Source: Halarcobacter sp.
GTDB lineage: Bacteria > Campylobacterota > Campylobacteria > Campylobacterales > Arcobacteraceae
Reading direction: 5' to 3'
DNA length: 64,000 nucleotides
Assembly: GCA_963676565.1 (NCBI GenBank)
Contig: OY781089.1
Location: 64,001-128,000 of the forward strand
Positions 31,111 through 40,896 of the stretch are shown piece by piece. The notes under the pieces are model-generated. The model did not search any database. It was given only the letters and a program-made list of their open reading frames with translations, and was not told where the DNA came from. The translations under genes and the position numbers were made by a program. Every line of letters begins with the position of its first letter. The first letter of the stretch is position 1.

Positions 31111-31707
31111 ATGTTAGTAACAAAAAAAGCTCCAGATTTTACAGCAACAGCTGTAATGGCAGATGGTCAAATCAAAGAAGATTTTAATTTATACAATAAT
31201 ATTGGTGAGAAAGGTGCAGTTTTATTTTTCTGGCCTTTAGATTTTACTTTTGTTTGTCCATCAGAAATTATCGCATTCTCAAAAAGAGTTGCTGATTTTG
31301 AAGAAAGAGGAATTCAAGTAATTGGTTGTTCAATTGACTCAGAATTTTCTCACTTTGCATGGAGAGAAACTGCTGTTGAAAATGGTGGAATTGGAAGAGT
31401 TAAGTTTCCAATGGTTGCAGATATCACAAAACAAATTTCAAGAGATTATGATGTATTATTTGGAGAATCTGTAGCACTTAGAGGATCATTCTTAATTGAT
31501 AAAGATGGTACAGTAAGACATGCAGTTGTAAATGACTTACCATTAGGTAGAAATATTGATGAGATGATTAGAATGGTTGATACTATGTTATTTACTAATG
31601 AACATGGTGAAGTTTGTCCTGCAGGATGGAGTAAAGGTGATGAAGGTATGAAAGCATCTACAGAAGGTGTTGCTGAATACTTAGGTAAAAATGAAAATAA
31701 ACTATAA
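31111..31707 (+). CDS. ahpC: 2-Cys peroxiredoxin AhpC, copy 2
   Basis: Same length and catalytic motifs as copy 1; 22 differences in 198 aa by manual count. Confidence 0.93.
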   Translation: MLVTKKAPDFTATAVMADGQIKEDFNLYNNIGEKGAVLFFWPLDFTFVCPSEIIAFSKRVADFEERGIQVIGCSIDSEFSHFAWRETAVENGGIGRVKFPMVADITKQISRDYDVLFGESVALRGSFLIDKDGTVRHAVVNDLPLGRNIDEMIRMVDTMLFTNEHGEVCPAGWSKGDEGMKASTEGVAEYLGKNENKL

Positions 31708-31719
31708 TATTTTTTAAAC

Positions 31720-31744
31720 AAAAGTGCCTTTTGGGGCACTTTTT
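31720..31744 (+). terminator. Intrinsic terminator of ahpC copy 2
   Basis: AAAAGTGCC...GGCACTTTTT. Confidence 0.7.
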
Positions 31745-31758
31745 GCTAAACTAAATTT

Positions 31759-32769
31759 ATGAAAAATCAAAAATTTAGTGAATACTTCAACTCTTGGCTA
31801 TATGGCAAAGATGGATATTATGCAAACTACAAACAAATAGGTAAAAAAGGTGATTTCTATACATCTGTATCAAGTTCTTCTTTTTTTGGTGGTAGCATTG
31901 CAAAAAGAATAGTTGATAAAATCAATTCTAATGAGCTTCCAAACAATACAACAATTTTAGAAATTGGCGCACACCATGGATATTTATTAGCTGATATAAT
32001 TCAATTTATCTATACTTTAAAACCTGAACTTTTAAATACCCTTACCTTTGCAATAGTTGAAAGGTTCAATTCTTTAAAACAAAAACAACAAGAGTACTTA
32101 AAACAATCCTTTGGTGAAGCTATAAACTTAGTTCACTATGATGATATTAGTAAAGTTAAACTTCCCCATGCCTTTTTAATTGCAAATGAGATATTTGATG
32201 CCTTTCCTTGTGAACTTGTTTTCACAAAAGATGATGAACTTCAATTAGGACATGTGCAAAATCACAAAATAGATTTTAAAAAATGTGAAGATAAAAATAT
32301 AATTGAACATTGTAAAAAATATAGAATTACAAAAGGTGAAATAGCTATTGGATATAAAGAATTTGCTAATGCAATATGTACTAATATAAAAAAATTTGAA
32401 TTTGTAACTTTTGATTATGGTGACAACTATCCTAGAAATGACTTTTCAACTAGAATATATTCTAAACATAAAGTGTTTCCAATATTTGAAGAAAATTTAG
32501 ATTTAGATACATTATATGCAAATTCAGATATTACCTATGATGTAGATTTTAAGTACTTAGAAGACTGTTTTAAAGAGTTTGATATAAAATCAGTTGATTA
32601 CAAAACTCAAATGGCAACATTAATAGATTTTGGTATTATAGATTTACTGGAAATATTAAAAGAAAATAGTAACGAAAATACTTATTTAAGAGAATCTGCT
32701 AAAGTAAAAACTTTACTTGAACCAACTGGTATGGGTGACAGATTCAAAGCTTTAATAGTAAAAAAATAG
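31759..32769 (+). CDS. SAM-dependent methyltransferase, MidA/NDUFAF7-like
   Basis: GYY, GDFYTS, LEIGAHHG, ANEIFDAFP, DYG, DITYDVDF, MGDRFK. Confidence 0.85.
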   Translation: MKNQKFSEYFNSWLYGKDGYYANYKQIGKKGDFYTSVSSSSFFGGSIAKRIVDKINSNELPNNTTILEIGAHHGYLLADIIQFIYTLKPELLNTLTFAIVERFNSLKQKQQEYLKQSFGEAINLVHYDDISKVKLPHAFLIANEIFDAFPCELVFTKDDELQLGHVQNHKIDFKKCEDKNIIEHCKKYRITKGEIAIGYKEFANAICTNIKKFEFVTFDYGDNYPRNDFSTRIYSKHKVFPIFEENLDLDTLYANSDITYDVDFKYLEDCFKEFDIKSVDYKTQMATLIDFGIIDLLEILKENSNENTYLRESAKVKTLLEPTGMGDRFKALIVKK

Positions 32770-32776
32770 AAAGTTT

Positions 32777-33154
32777 TTAACTTTCTATTTTCTTTAACTC
32801 TTCATACTCTTCATCTGTAAAAATTCTAGACCTTGTTAAAAATTGATATCCTTCATCAATCTCAAGTGAAAAAGAGTTACCAAAGGCACCTTTTTCCTCT
32901 TTCACATCAACAATTATTTGAGAGTGTCTAAAATATTCAAACTGTTCATGATCAATAAAAAACTCTACACCACAAATTTCACCAAGTTTTACATTTCTAC
33001 TTGGTACATAAAAGTCAGCTTTTTCATAACACATTGGAGATGTTCCATCACAACAACCACCACTTTGATTAAATACTAATTCCCCATTTTTTTCAATTAA
33101 CATCTCAATAACTTTTTGTGCTTCAGGTGTAGCTATTACTCTTCTAATATCCAT
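32777..33154 (-). CDS. DUF779-family protein (aldehyde dehydrogenase associated)
   Basis: QSGGCCDGTSPMC, FSLE, RSRIF; directly downstream of the ALDH. Confidence 0.88.
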   Translation of the reverse strand: MDIRRVIATPEAQKVIEMLIEKNGELVFNQSGGCCDGTSPMCYEKADFYVPSRNVKLGEICGVEFFIDHEQFEYFRHSQIIVDVKEEKGAFGNSFSLEIDEGYQFLTRSRIFTDEEYEELKKIES

Positions 33155-33257
33155 AACTAATCCTTTGTAATTTTATAATTGCGGGAATTTGTAGAAAATC
33201 CCTTTAAATACAATTTTAGTTAATTTTATTTAAAGAGACTTGAGGTTAGAAAATTAA

Positions 33258-33304
33258 GGCCAGGGAGGCTGAGGAAAGTAAAAAATGGAGGGGCCTCCCT
33301 GGCC
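33258..33304 (-). terminator. GC-rich 12-bp stem with 23-nt C/U-rich loop after aldehyde dehydrogenase (terminator, stabiliser or sRNA)
   Basis: GGCCAGGGAGGC / GCCTCCCTGGCC; minus-strand tail TTAATTTT. Confidence 0.6.
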
Positions 33305-33326
33305 CGCTTTTAAGTTTTAATATCTA

Positions 33327-34820
33327 TTAAAAGAATCCTAAAGCATTTTTGCTGTAAGAAGTTAAGATATTTTTAGTATGTCTATAAGAGTTTAACATCA
33401 TCATGTGAGTTTCTCTACCGATACCAGATTTTTTGTATCCACCAAATGATGCATGTGATGGGTACATGTGGTAACAGTTAACCCAAACTCTACCAGCTTC
33501 AATTCCTCTAGAGAATTTATGTAATTGGTGCGCATCTCTTGACCATACACCTGAACCTAATCCGTAGATAGTATCATTTGCAATCTCTAATGCTTCATCT
33601 TCATCTTTAAATGTAGTTACTGCTAATACAGGTCCAAAAATCTCTTCTTGGAAGATTCTCATTTTATTGTGACCTTTGAAGATTGTTGGTTGAATATAGA
33701 ATCCATTTGGATTTACTTCAGACTCATAAGCATCTCCACCAATTAGACACTCAGCACCCTCTTCTTTACCAATTTTGATATATTCCATAATTTTTTCTTT
33801 TTGGTTAGAAGAACATTGAGCACCCATCATACACTCAGGATCTAATGGATTACCTAATTTAATAGCTGCAACTCTTTCAAGTACTCTTTCCATAAATGGC
33901 TCATAAATTGACTCTTGGATTAATGCTCTTGAAGGACAAGTACAAACCTCACCTGAGTTAAATGCGAATAATACAAGACCTTCAATTGCTTTATCGAAGA
34001 ACTCATCATCAGCATCCATAATTGACTCTAAGAAAATATTTGGAGATTTACCACCAAGTTCTAAAGTAGAAGGGATAATATTCTCAGTTGCATATTGCAT
34101 AATTAATTGACCAGTTGTAGTCTCACCTGTAAATCCTACTTTTTTAACATCTGGGTGAGTTGATAAGAATTTACCAATTTTTCCACCTGAACCATTAATA
34201 ATATTAACTGTACCAGCTGGTAATACTTCTTGAATAGCTTCCATCATTAATAAAATAGACATTGGAGTTGCACTCGCTGGTTTCATAACAACACAGTTAC
34301 CTGCTGCTAATGCAGGAGCTAATTTCCATGCAGCCATTAATAATGGGAAGTTCCATGGAATAATTTGAGCAACAACACCATATGGCTCATAAACCTCTTG
34401 AGAAATAGTATTTTCATCTAAATCAGCAACTGTACCAGCTTCTGATCTAATAACTGATGCAAAATATCTAAAATGATCAACAACTAAAGGAACGTCTGCT
34501 GCTAAAGTTTCTCTTACAGCTTTTCCGTTATCTAGTGTTTCTGCAACTGCTAAACTTTCTAATTTTGCTTCAATTGCATCAGCAACTTTATTTAACATAG
34601 TAGATCTTTCTACTACTGAAGTGTGTTTGTAAGATTCAAAAGCAGTTTTTGCAGCTTGAATTGCTAATTCAACATCTTCTTCATTTGATCTTGGAATTCT
34701 AGTTAATACTTCACCATCAACTGGAGAAATATTATCAAAATACTCACCACTTTTTGGAGCTACCCACTCTCCACCAATAAAGTTCTCATATTGAGGTTTA
34801 AATTCTGGTTTACTATACAT
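33327..34820 (-). CDS. aldB: NAD-dependent acetaldehyde dehydrogenase (AldB/ExaC type)
   Basis: IIPWNFP, FTGET, LELGGKSP, GEVCTC, EEIFGP; ATG at 34820 follows AAAGGA RBS, so the ORF track start is too early. Confidence 0.92.
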   Translation of the reverse strand: MYSKPEFKPQYENFIGGEWVAPKSGEYFDNISPVDGEVLTRIPRSNEEDVELAIQAAKTAFESYKHTSVVERSTMLNKVADAIEAKLESLAVAETLDNGKAVRETLAADVPLVVDHFRYFASVIRSEAGTVADLDENTISQEVYEPYGVVAQIIPWNFPLLMAAWKLAPALAAGNCVVMKPASATPMSILLMMEAIQEVLPAGTVNIINGSGGKIGKFLSTHPDVKKVGFTGETTTGQLIMQYATENIIPSTLELGGKSPNIFLESIMDADDEFFDKAIEGLVLFAFNSGEVCTCPSRALIQESIYEPFMERVLERVAAIKLGNPLDPECMMGAQCSSNQKEKIMEYIKIGKEEGAECLIGGDAYESEVNPNGFYIQPTIFKGHNKMRIFQEEIFGPVLAVTTFKDEDEALEIANDTIYGLGSGVWSRDAHQLHKFSRGIEAGRVWVNCYHMYPSHASFGGYKKSGIGRETHMMMLNSYRHTKNILTSYSKNALGFF

Positions 34821-34898
34821 ATCTTTTCCTTTATTTTTTAATTGAAAATAAATACTCAAAAGGTATCTATTTTTTGAATATTGAAATCTTACACGAGA

Positions 34899-34940
34899 AT
34901 TATAGCCTGAATTTAGCGATTGCGTAGCATTAACGTAGCA
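34899..34940 (-). promoter_or_regulatory. aldB promoter with four GCTA repeats at 11-bp period
   Basis: TAGC on + at 34903, 34914, 34925, 34936; TATAAT on - at 34904-34899. Confidence 0.65.
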
Positions 34941-35031
34941 ATTAGAAAAAAATGGTAACAATACCATGAAATAGGGCTTTTATCAATTGAAATTTTGTTA
35001 AAAAATTAAAAAATTATGCTACACTTTTTTT

Positions 35032-36924
35032 ATGAAAACATATAACTACACATTTTTCAATAACAACTTAACTGATTTAATTGATTATAGTATATTTAAA
35101 GATAAAGAAAATGTTCTAATTCAAATATTTTCTGGTCATGATTCAAGCACATTGGAGTTAATTACAAAAACAGTAATGGATAATATTCCACAGGCAGTAT
35201 GTTTAGGGACAACTACCGATGGAGAGATATGTGAATCAAAAATCTCTACACTTAAAACAATTATATCAATTTCAATTTTTGATAATACATATTTAAAAGC
35301 TTATTATATGAAAGGGGATGACGCATTTAATATAGGATATGAGATTGCACAAAAAGTTATCACCGATAATACAAAGTTAATAATCACTTTTACCGATGGA
35401 ACTGGGACAAATGCTGAAGAGTATTTGAAAGGTATAGAAAAATATGATAATTCTATAATGGTATGTGGTGGTATGGCAGGAGATAATGGAGTATTTAAAC
35501 AAACCTTTATCTCTTTAGGAAAGCAAATCTATCCTAAAGGGTATATAGCAGTTTCACTTAACTCAGATATATTAAAAGTAACAAACGCGAGAAAGTTTGA
35601 TTGGGTTCCAATAGGTTTAGAGCATACAATAGATGAAGTTGATGGAAATAGAATTTATAAAATCTCGGGGATGAGTCCTTCTGAGTTTTATAAAAAATAT
35701 TTAGGTGAGAGTGTTGCGCAAACAGAGTTTCCTTTAATAGTTGAAAGAAATGGGATACCAACAGCAAGAGCAGTACTTGAACAGCACAGAGATGGAAGTT
35801 TAAGTTGTGGAGGAAATTTAAGAAAAGGTGATATAGTTAGACTTGGTTTTGGGGATGCAGAATCTATAATGAATAATCCACTTAGTGCTTTAGATACAAG
35901 TTTTGATCATCCAATTGAAACTTTTTTCTTATATTCTTGTATGGCAAGAAGAAGGTATTTAAGAGAATTAATAAAACTTGAAACACAACCTTTTGCAGTT
36001 ATTGCTCCAACTTCTGGATTTTTTACTTATGCAGAGTTTTTCCATAGAGATGGTCATAATGAATTATTAAATCAAACATTAACAGTAGTAGCATTAAGTG
36101 AACATGATAAAAAAGTTAATGCATTGGAAATTTATCCAGAGAAGAAAACAAAATCAAAAAAAGATGCTGCCTTTGCAAGAACTTTAAGATCTCTTACTCA
36201 CTTAGTACAAAAAAGTACAGATGATTATCAAGACCAATCAAAAAGTTTAAAGGAATCAGAACTTTATGCACAAAACCTGCTAACGTCACAAAAACAATTT
36301 TTAAAACATGCAGTTCATGAAACAAATACACCACTTTCAATAATAATGGCAAACATTGAATTATATGAAATGGAAAATGGTAAAAATCAATACTTATCAA
36401 ATATTGAAGTAGCTATGAAAAATCTTTTTTCTATATATGATGATTTAAGTTATTTAGTAAAAAAAGATCAAATAGATTACCCTGAACATAAAATTGATTT
36501 TAAAGATTTTGTTAGAAGTAGAGTTGAGTTTTTTAACCAAGTTGCAACTAAAGTAAAATCAAAATTTGTTTTTAAAGCACCAAAAGAACCTATGGTTTTA
36601 CATTTTAATGAATCTAAACTACAAAGAATAATTGATAACAATCTTACAAATGCCATAAAATACACTTATGAAAATGAAGATATTTATGTAACATTAAAAA
36701 AAGAAGGAACTCACTTTAAACTTATGGTTTCAAGCCATTCAAAAAAAATCCAAGATCCAGACAAAATCTTTAAAGAATATTATAGAGAAGAGAAATCAAA
36801 AGATGGATTTGGATTGGGATTAAATTTAGTAAAAAGAATTTGTGATGAAGAGGGTGTTGAAATATATTTAGAATCTAACGAATATTTCACATCATTTGTT
36901 TATCTATTTAAAGGGGAAAGATGA
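35032..36924 (+). CDS. Soluble FIST-domain sensor histidine kinase
   Basis: GTTTDGEI, GGMAGD, YSCMARR, GFFTYAEF, NQT (FIST); HETNTPL H-box, NAIKY, GFGLGL; no obvious TM. Confidence 0.88.
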   Translation: MKTYNYTFFNNNLTDLIDYSIFKDKENVLIQIFSGHDSSTLELITKTVMDNIPQAVCLGTTTDGEICESKISTLKTIISISIFDNTYLKAYYMKGDDAFNIGYEIAQKVITDNTKLIITFTDGTGTNAEEYLKGIEKYDNSIMVCGGMAGDNGVFKQTFISLGKQIYPKGYIAVSLNSDILKVTNARKFDWVPIGLEHTIDEVDGNRIYKISGMSPSEFYKKYLGESVAQTEFPLIVERNGIPTARAVLEQHRDGSLSCGGNLRKGDIVRLGFGDAESIMNNPLSALDTSFDHPIETFFLYSCMARRRYLRELIKLETQPFAVIAPTSGFFTYAEFFHRDGHNELLNQTLTVVALSEHDKKVNALEIYPEKKTKSKKDAAFARTLRSLTHLVQKSTDDYQDQSKSLKESELYAQNLLTSQKQFLKHAVHETNTPLSIIMANIELYEMENGKNQYLSNIEVAMKNLFSIYDDLSYLVKKDQIDYPEHKIDFKDFVRSRVEFFNQVATKVKSKFVFKAPKEPMVLHFNESKLQRIIDNNLTNAIKYTYENEDIYVTLKKEGTHFKLMVSSHSKKIQDPDKIFKEYYREEKSKDGFGLGLNLVKRICDEEGVEIYLESNEYFTSFVYLFKGER

Positions 36925-37583
36925 AAATTTTATTATTAGAAGATGATATTATGCTAAATGAGGCAATAACTCAATATCTTAGAACAGTAGGTCACTCTGT
37001 TCAATCTGTAAAAGATGGAGATGAGTGTCTAAAAAAATTAGATGAAGAAAAATTTGACCTTCTTGTTTTTGATATTAATGTTCCAAGTATTGATGGCCTT
37101 ACTATTTTAGAAGATTTACATAAAAAGAAAAGAATGGTACCAACTATTTTTATTTCTGCACTTATAGATATTGAAGATATCTCAAGGGCCTTTGATATTG
37201 GATGTCATGATTATTTAAAAAAACCATTTCACTTAAAAGAATTAAATCTTAGAATTGAAAAAATTCTAAAAACAAGAACTGCACCAATGAACCATAAAAG
37301 ATTATCAAAATCATACAGTTTTGATAGTGAAAGTATGACATTATATTTTAACAACGAACCACACATCTTACCCAAAAGACAACTTCAAATTATAGAACTA
37401 CTTACAAATAATAGAAGTTTAGTTTGTAACTATGATATGTTTAGGGATTACGTTTGGAATGACGACTTTATTGATAATGCAACAATTAGAGCAGAGGTAA
37501 ATAGAGTTAAAAAAGTTTTAAAAGAGGATTTTATTGTAAATGTTAGAGGTATTGGTTATATGGTTGAAAGACCTAGTTCTTAA
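36921..37583 (+). CDS. OmpR-family response regulator
   Basis: LLEDD, FDINVP, KKPF receiver; VRGIGY winged-helix tail. Confidence 0.92.
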   Translation: MKILLLEDDIMLNEAITQYLRTVGHSVQSVKDGDECLKKLDEEKFDLLVFDINVPSIDGLTILEDLHKKKRMVPTIFISALIDIEDISRAFDIGCHDYLKKPFHLKELNLRIEKILKTRTAPMNHKRLSKSYSFDSESMTLYFNNEPHILPKRQLQIIELLTNNRSLVCNYDMFRDYVWNDDFIDNATIRAEVNRVKKVLKEDFIVNVRGIGYMVERPSS

Positions 37584-37592
37584 GTAATATAC

Positions 37593-38723
37593 TTAAGAAC
37601 AACAGGTTTGTTTTTCAATAAATTTTAAAGAGTTTTGTTTATTTCTATAAATAGGTTGACTATCACTTTTATTTGCATTCTCAACTATTTTTTTAACAAC
37701 TCCATGATAAGCTGATTTATCACAAACTGGATCTGCTTCATGCATATCTTGTGTTAATGCATATGCTTGGCATCTGCATCCACCAAAATCTTTCTCTTTT
37801 TCAGGACAAGATCTGCATGTTGGATTCATCCATTCATCACCTCTAAAAAAATTAAAAGCTTTTGATTCATACCAAATCTCTTTTACAGAAGACTCCTTTA
37901 CATTTGGAAAATCTATTGGTAAAGTATTTGCAGTATTACATGGAAGAGCTATTCCATCTGGATTAATTGTTAAAAAAGTTGTTCCCCATCCATTCATACA
38001 TGCCTTTGGTCTATTTTCATAATAATCAGGTACTACAAAAAATACTTTCATATCTTTTCTTTTTTCCCTATAAAAATTTGTTACTTCCATAGCCTTGTCA
38101 AGTTGTTCTTTACTTGGTAAAAGAGCATCAACATTTTCTAATGCCCACCCATAGTATTGAATATTTGCAATCTCTAAATAGTTTGCTCCAAGCTCATCAC
38201 AAAACTCAATTATCTCACCAACTTGCTCAATATTTTGTCTTGTGATACAAGTATTTATAATAAGTTGCATACCAAGTTCTTTTACCTCTTTTGCAAAGGC
38301 AATTTTATCTTTCATTGCTGATTTATTGTTTGTAATTAAAGTCATAGTATTTTCATCATGAGACTGAATACCTAATTGAACAGTTTTAAGTCCAGCTTCT
38401 TTTAACTTTTTTAAAACTCCCTTTTCACCACCTACACCAGAAGTGATTAAGTTTGTATAAAATTTTAAATCATTTGCATATCTTACTACATCAACAATAT
38501 CTTTATTTAGTAAAGGTTCACCACCTGAAATTCCTAATTGAACAGCCCCTAAAGCTCTAGTTTCATCTAAAACTTTAAACCAATCTTCTTTACTCATACC
38601 ATCTTTTGTATTTGCAAAATCTAATTGATTATAACAATAAGTACACTCTAAAGGGCATTTGTGAGTTAACTCTAAAAGTACCCACAAAGGTGGTTTAATC
38701 CCCGACTTTTCATTAGTTGACAT
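37593..38723 (-). CDS. pqqE: PqqA peptide cyclase, radical SAM/SPASM
   Basis: PLWVLLELTHKCPLECTYC, QYYGWA, CMNGWG, CRSC...DFGGCRCQA, DPVC. Confidence 0.96.
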   Translation of the reverse strand: MSTNEKSGIKPPLWVLLELTHKCPLECTYCYNQLDFANTKDGMSKEDWFKVLDETRALGAVQLGISGGEPLLNKDIVDVVRYANDLKFYTNLITSGVGGEKGVLKKLKEAGLKTVQLGIQSHDENTMTLITNNKSAMKDKIAFAKEVKELGMQLIINTCITRQNIEQVGEIIEFCDELGANYLEIANIQYYGWALENVDALLPSKEQLDKAMEVTNFYREKRKDMKVFFVVPDYYENRPKACMNGWGTTFLTINPDGIALPCNTANTLPIDFPNVKESSVKEIWYESKAFNFFRGDEWMNPTCRSCPEKEKDFGGCRCQAYALTQDMHEADPVCDKSAYHGVVKKIVENANKSDSQPIYRNKQNSLKFIEKQTCCS

Positions 38724-38982
38724 AATTTACCCACTTTCTATCAAAGGCTTCATCAAAAAATGCTTCCACATCTTTTTCTAATCCTGACATCTCAAACTTT
38801 TTTTCCAATGTTGAAACTATTTCATTAAAATTCTTAGTTCCATCACATTGGTTCATTATTTCACCAGCACTTTGATTTAGTTGAACCATACCTTCTGGGT
38901 ATAATAAAACAAAACAATCTTGTGCTTGCTCAAATTGTAATTGAAAGTGTTCATTCACTACAATTAATTTTTCTTTGTTCAT
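38713..38982 (-). CDS. pqqD: PqqA-binding chaperone
   Basis: [27 protein letters not shown]...CDG. Confidence 0.93.
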   Translation of the reverse strand: MNKEKLIVVNEHFQLQFEQAQDCFVLLYPEGMVQLNQSAGEIMNQCDGTKNFNEIVSTLEKKFEMSGLEKDVEAFFDEAFDRKWVNYVN

Positions 38983-39709
38983 TTTCATAACCTTCAATAT
39001 TGAAATACGGTGGTCTTTTTAATTCGTATGCCAAATATAAAGCATCACACATAGTCCAAAGTATATCAAGTTTAAACTGTAAAATTTCAAAAGCTTTATT
39101 TTGAAGTTCAACTGTATTAAACTCTTCTAAAGTGATTGAAAGTCCATGTTGAACATCCCTTCTTGCTTCACTCAATCTTTTTTGGAAATATCTCAAACCT
39201 TTTGCTTCAATCCAAGGATAATTATCTGGCCATGTACTTAATCTTTGTTGGTGAATTTGAGGTGCAAACATCTCAGTTAAAGATGACATTGCAGCTTCTT
39301 TCCAAGGTCTTTGTTTTGCAAAGTTAATATAAGCATCTACTGCAAATTTAACTGATGGTAAAACATATTTATGAGAAATTAAATCCTCTTTATTTAATCC
39401 AACAGCTTCACCTAATTCAAGCCAAGCTTCAATTCCACCACCAACACTATCATGGTCAATAATTCTATCAATCCATTTTCTTCTATCTTCTAAAGGTGGG
39501 TTATTTGACATAATTGCTGCATCTTTAATTGGAATTGCTGTTTGATAATAAAATCTATTTGCTACCCAGCCTTGGATTTCCTCTTTTGTACAATCCCCTT
39601 GATACATTCTAATATGAAATGGATGGTGAATGTGATACATATCACCCATACCTCTTAACTTTGCTTCAAACTCTTCTTTACTTAGTAATTCACTCATTTT
39701 TTTTGTCAT
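38951..39709 (-). CDS. pqqC: Pyrroloquinoline-quinone synthase
   Basis: [39 protein letters not shown]. Confidence 0.96.
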   Translation of the reverse strand: MTKKMSELLSKEEFEAKLRGMGDMYHIHHPFHIRMYQGDCTKEEIQGWVANRFYYQTAIPIKDAAIMSNNPPLEDRRKWIDRIIDHDSVGGGIEAWLELGEAVGLNKEDLISHKYVLPSVKFAVDAYINFAKQRPWKEAAMSSLTEMFAPQIHQQRLSTWPDNYPWIEAKGLRYFQKRLSEARRDVQHGLSITLEEFNTVELQNKAFEILQFKLDILWTMCDALYLAYELKRPPYFNIEGYENEQRKINCSE

Positions 39710-39772
39710 TCTTCTTCTCCTTATTTAATGTCAAATTTTTTATTTTTTTATAAAAAGAAATAAATATATTCT

Positions 39773-40690
39773 TTATATATCTATTCTCATCCCATCATAA
39801 GAAACTTCAATCCCATGGGAAATAAGTTCTTTATATTCAGGATTTTCTTCATCTAAGATTGGATTTGTATTGTTAATATGAATTAATATTTTTCGTGGTT
39901 TTTCTAAAGTATCTAAAATTTTAATAAGCCCTTCTTCTCCACTTAAAGGGATATGCCCCATATCAGTGCCTAATTTAGTAGAAAACTTACCTTTTATCAT
40001 CTCATCATTTGTCCAAAGGGTTCCTTCTATTAAAAGAACATCTGCATTTCGCATCTCTTCAAAAACATGATCTTCCATAACCCCAAGACCAGGAAGATAA
40101 AACAATCTTTTTCCTGTATTTTTATTTACAACTGTAATTCCAATATTATCACCCTTTCTTGGATGATCTCTATGTGGTGAATATGGTGGTGCATTTGAAA
40201 TAAGTGCATGGGCATAAAACTCATATGAAGGCATCACTGGTATTTCAAATTTTGTAGTAGAATCTGGCAAGATTTCATGCCAAACAGTTCCTCCACCATC
40301 CCAATGTTGTAACATTTTCATAGTAGGAAATGATGAATTCAATTCTTCATTTACCTCTTTTGTACAATAAATTTGGTGAGGACAACCTTCCCTTAACATA
40401 AGTAAACCAGTTGTATGGTCTATTTGAGCATCGTTAAATACGATTGCTTTAATTTTAGTTTCTCTTTTTTTTGTTGGATGTAAAAAAGGTGAATTATGAA
40501 TTTGCTCTAAAATATCTGGGCTAGTATTAAGTAAAACCCAGTTCTCACCATCTTCACTAATAGTAATTGAACTTTGAGTTCTTTTTTTTATACTTTTTTT
40601 GCCTTCTCTGTAACCTTTACAATTGTCACAGTTACAATTAAATTGTGGTAAGCCACCACCTGCACCTGAACCTAGAACTTGAATCCTCAC
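39773..40690 (-). CDS. pqqB: PQQ biosynthesis protein PqqB
   Basis: LGSGAGGGLPQFNCNC, RTQSS, QIDHTTGLL, MGH, IHINNTNP; GTG at 40690 after AAAGGA. Confidence 0.95.
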   Translation of the reverse strand: MRIQVLGSGAGGGLPQFNCNCDNCKGYREGKKSIKKRTQSSITISEDGENWVLLNTSPDILEQIHNSPFLHPTKKRETKIKAIVFNDAQIDHTTGLLMLREGCPHQIYCTKEVNEELNSSFPTMKMLQHWDGGGTVWHEILPDSTTKFEIPVMPSYEFYAHALISNAPPYSPHRDHPRKGDNIGITVVNKNTGKRLFYLPGLGVMEDHVFEEMRNADVLLIEGTLWTNDEMIKGKFSTKLGTDMGHIPLSGEEGLIKILDTLEKPRKILIHINNTNPILDEENPEYKELISHGIEVSYDGMRIDI

Positions 40691-40751
40691 AATATATCCT
40701 TTCATTTTTCCTCAAAGAAAAAAATTCCCACATTTTTTTGTTTGAAGAAAA

Positions 40752-40773
40752 GACTAGAGCAAAAGCTCTAGTC
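40752..40773 (-). terminator. Hairpin between pqqA and pqqB
   Basis: GACTAGAGC-N4-GCTCTAGTC followed on minus strand by TTTTCTT. Confidence 0.75.
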
Positions 40774-40785
40774 AAGTTTAAAAAA

Positions 40786-40860
40786 TTACTTTGTACAAAT
40801 GTACATAGTAACTTCAAAACCAAATCTGTTATCTACGAATGTAGGTGTTTCCCATTTCAT
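40786..40860 (-). CDS. pqqA: PQQ precursor peptide, 24 aa (MKWETPTFVDNRFGFEVTMYICTK; not in ORF track)
   Basis: W-x-x-P...R-F-G-F-E-V-T-M-Y with ExxxY core; AAGGAGGT RBS; directly upstream of pqqB. Confidence 0.95.
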   Translation of the reverse strand: MKWETPTFVDNRFGFEVTMYICTK

Positions 40861-40896
40861 TTTAGTTACCTCCTTTTTTGATTTTCAGATTAACTA

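Noticed and set aside
34821..34967. 49-aa N-terminal extension of the aldehyde dehydrogenase in the ORF track
   Set aside because: It spans the promoter and repeat array; the RBS and family start fit ATG 34820
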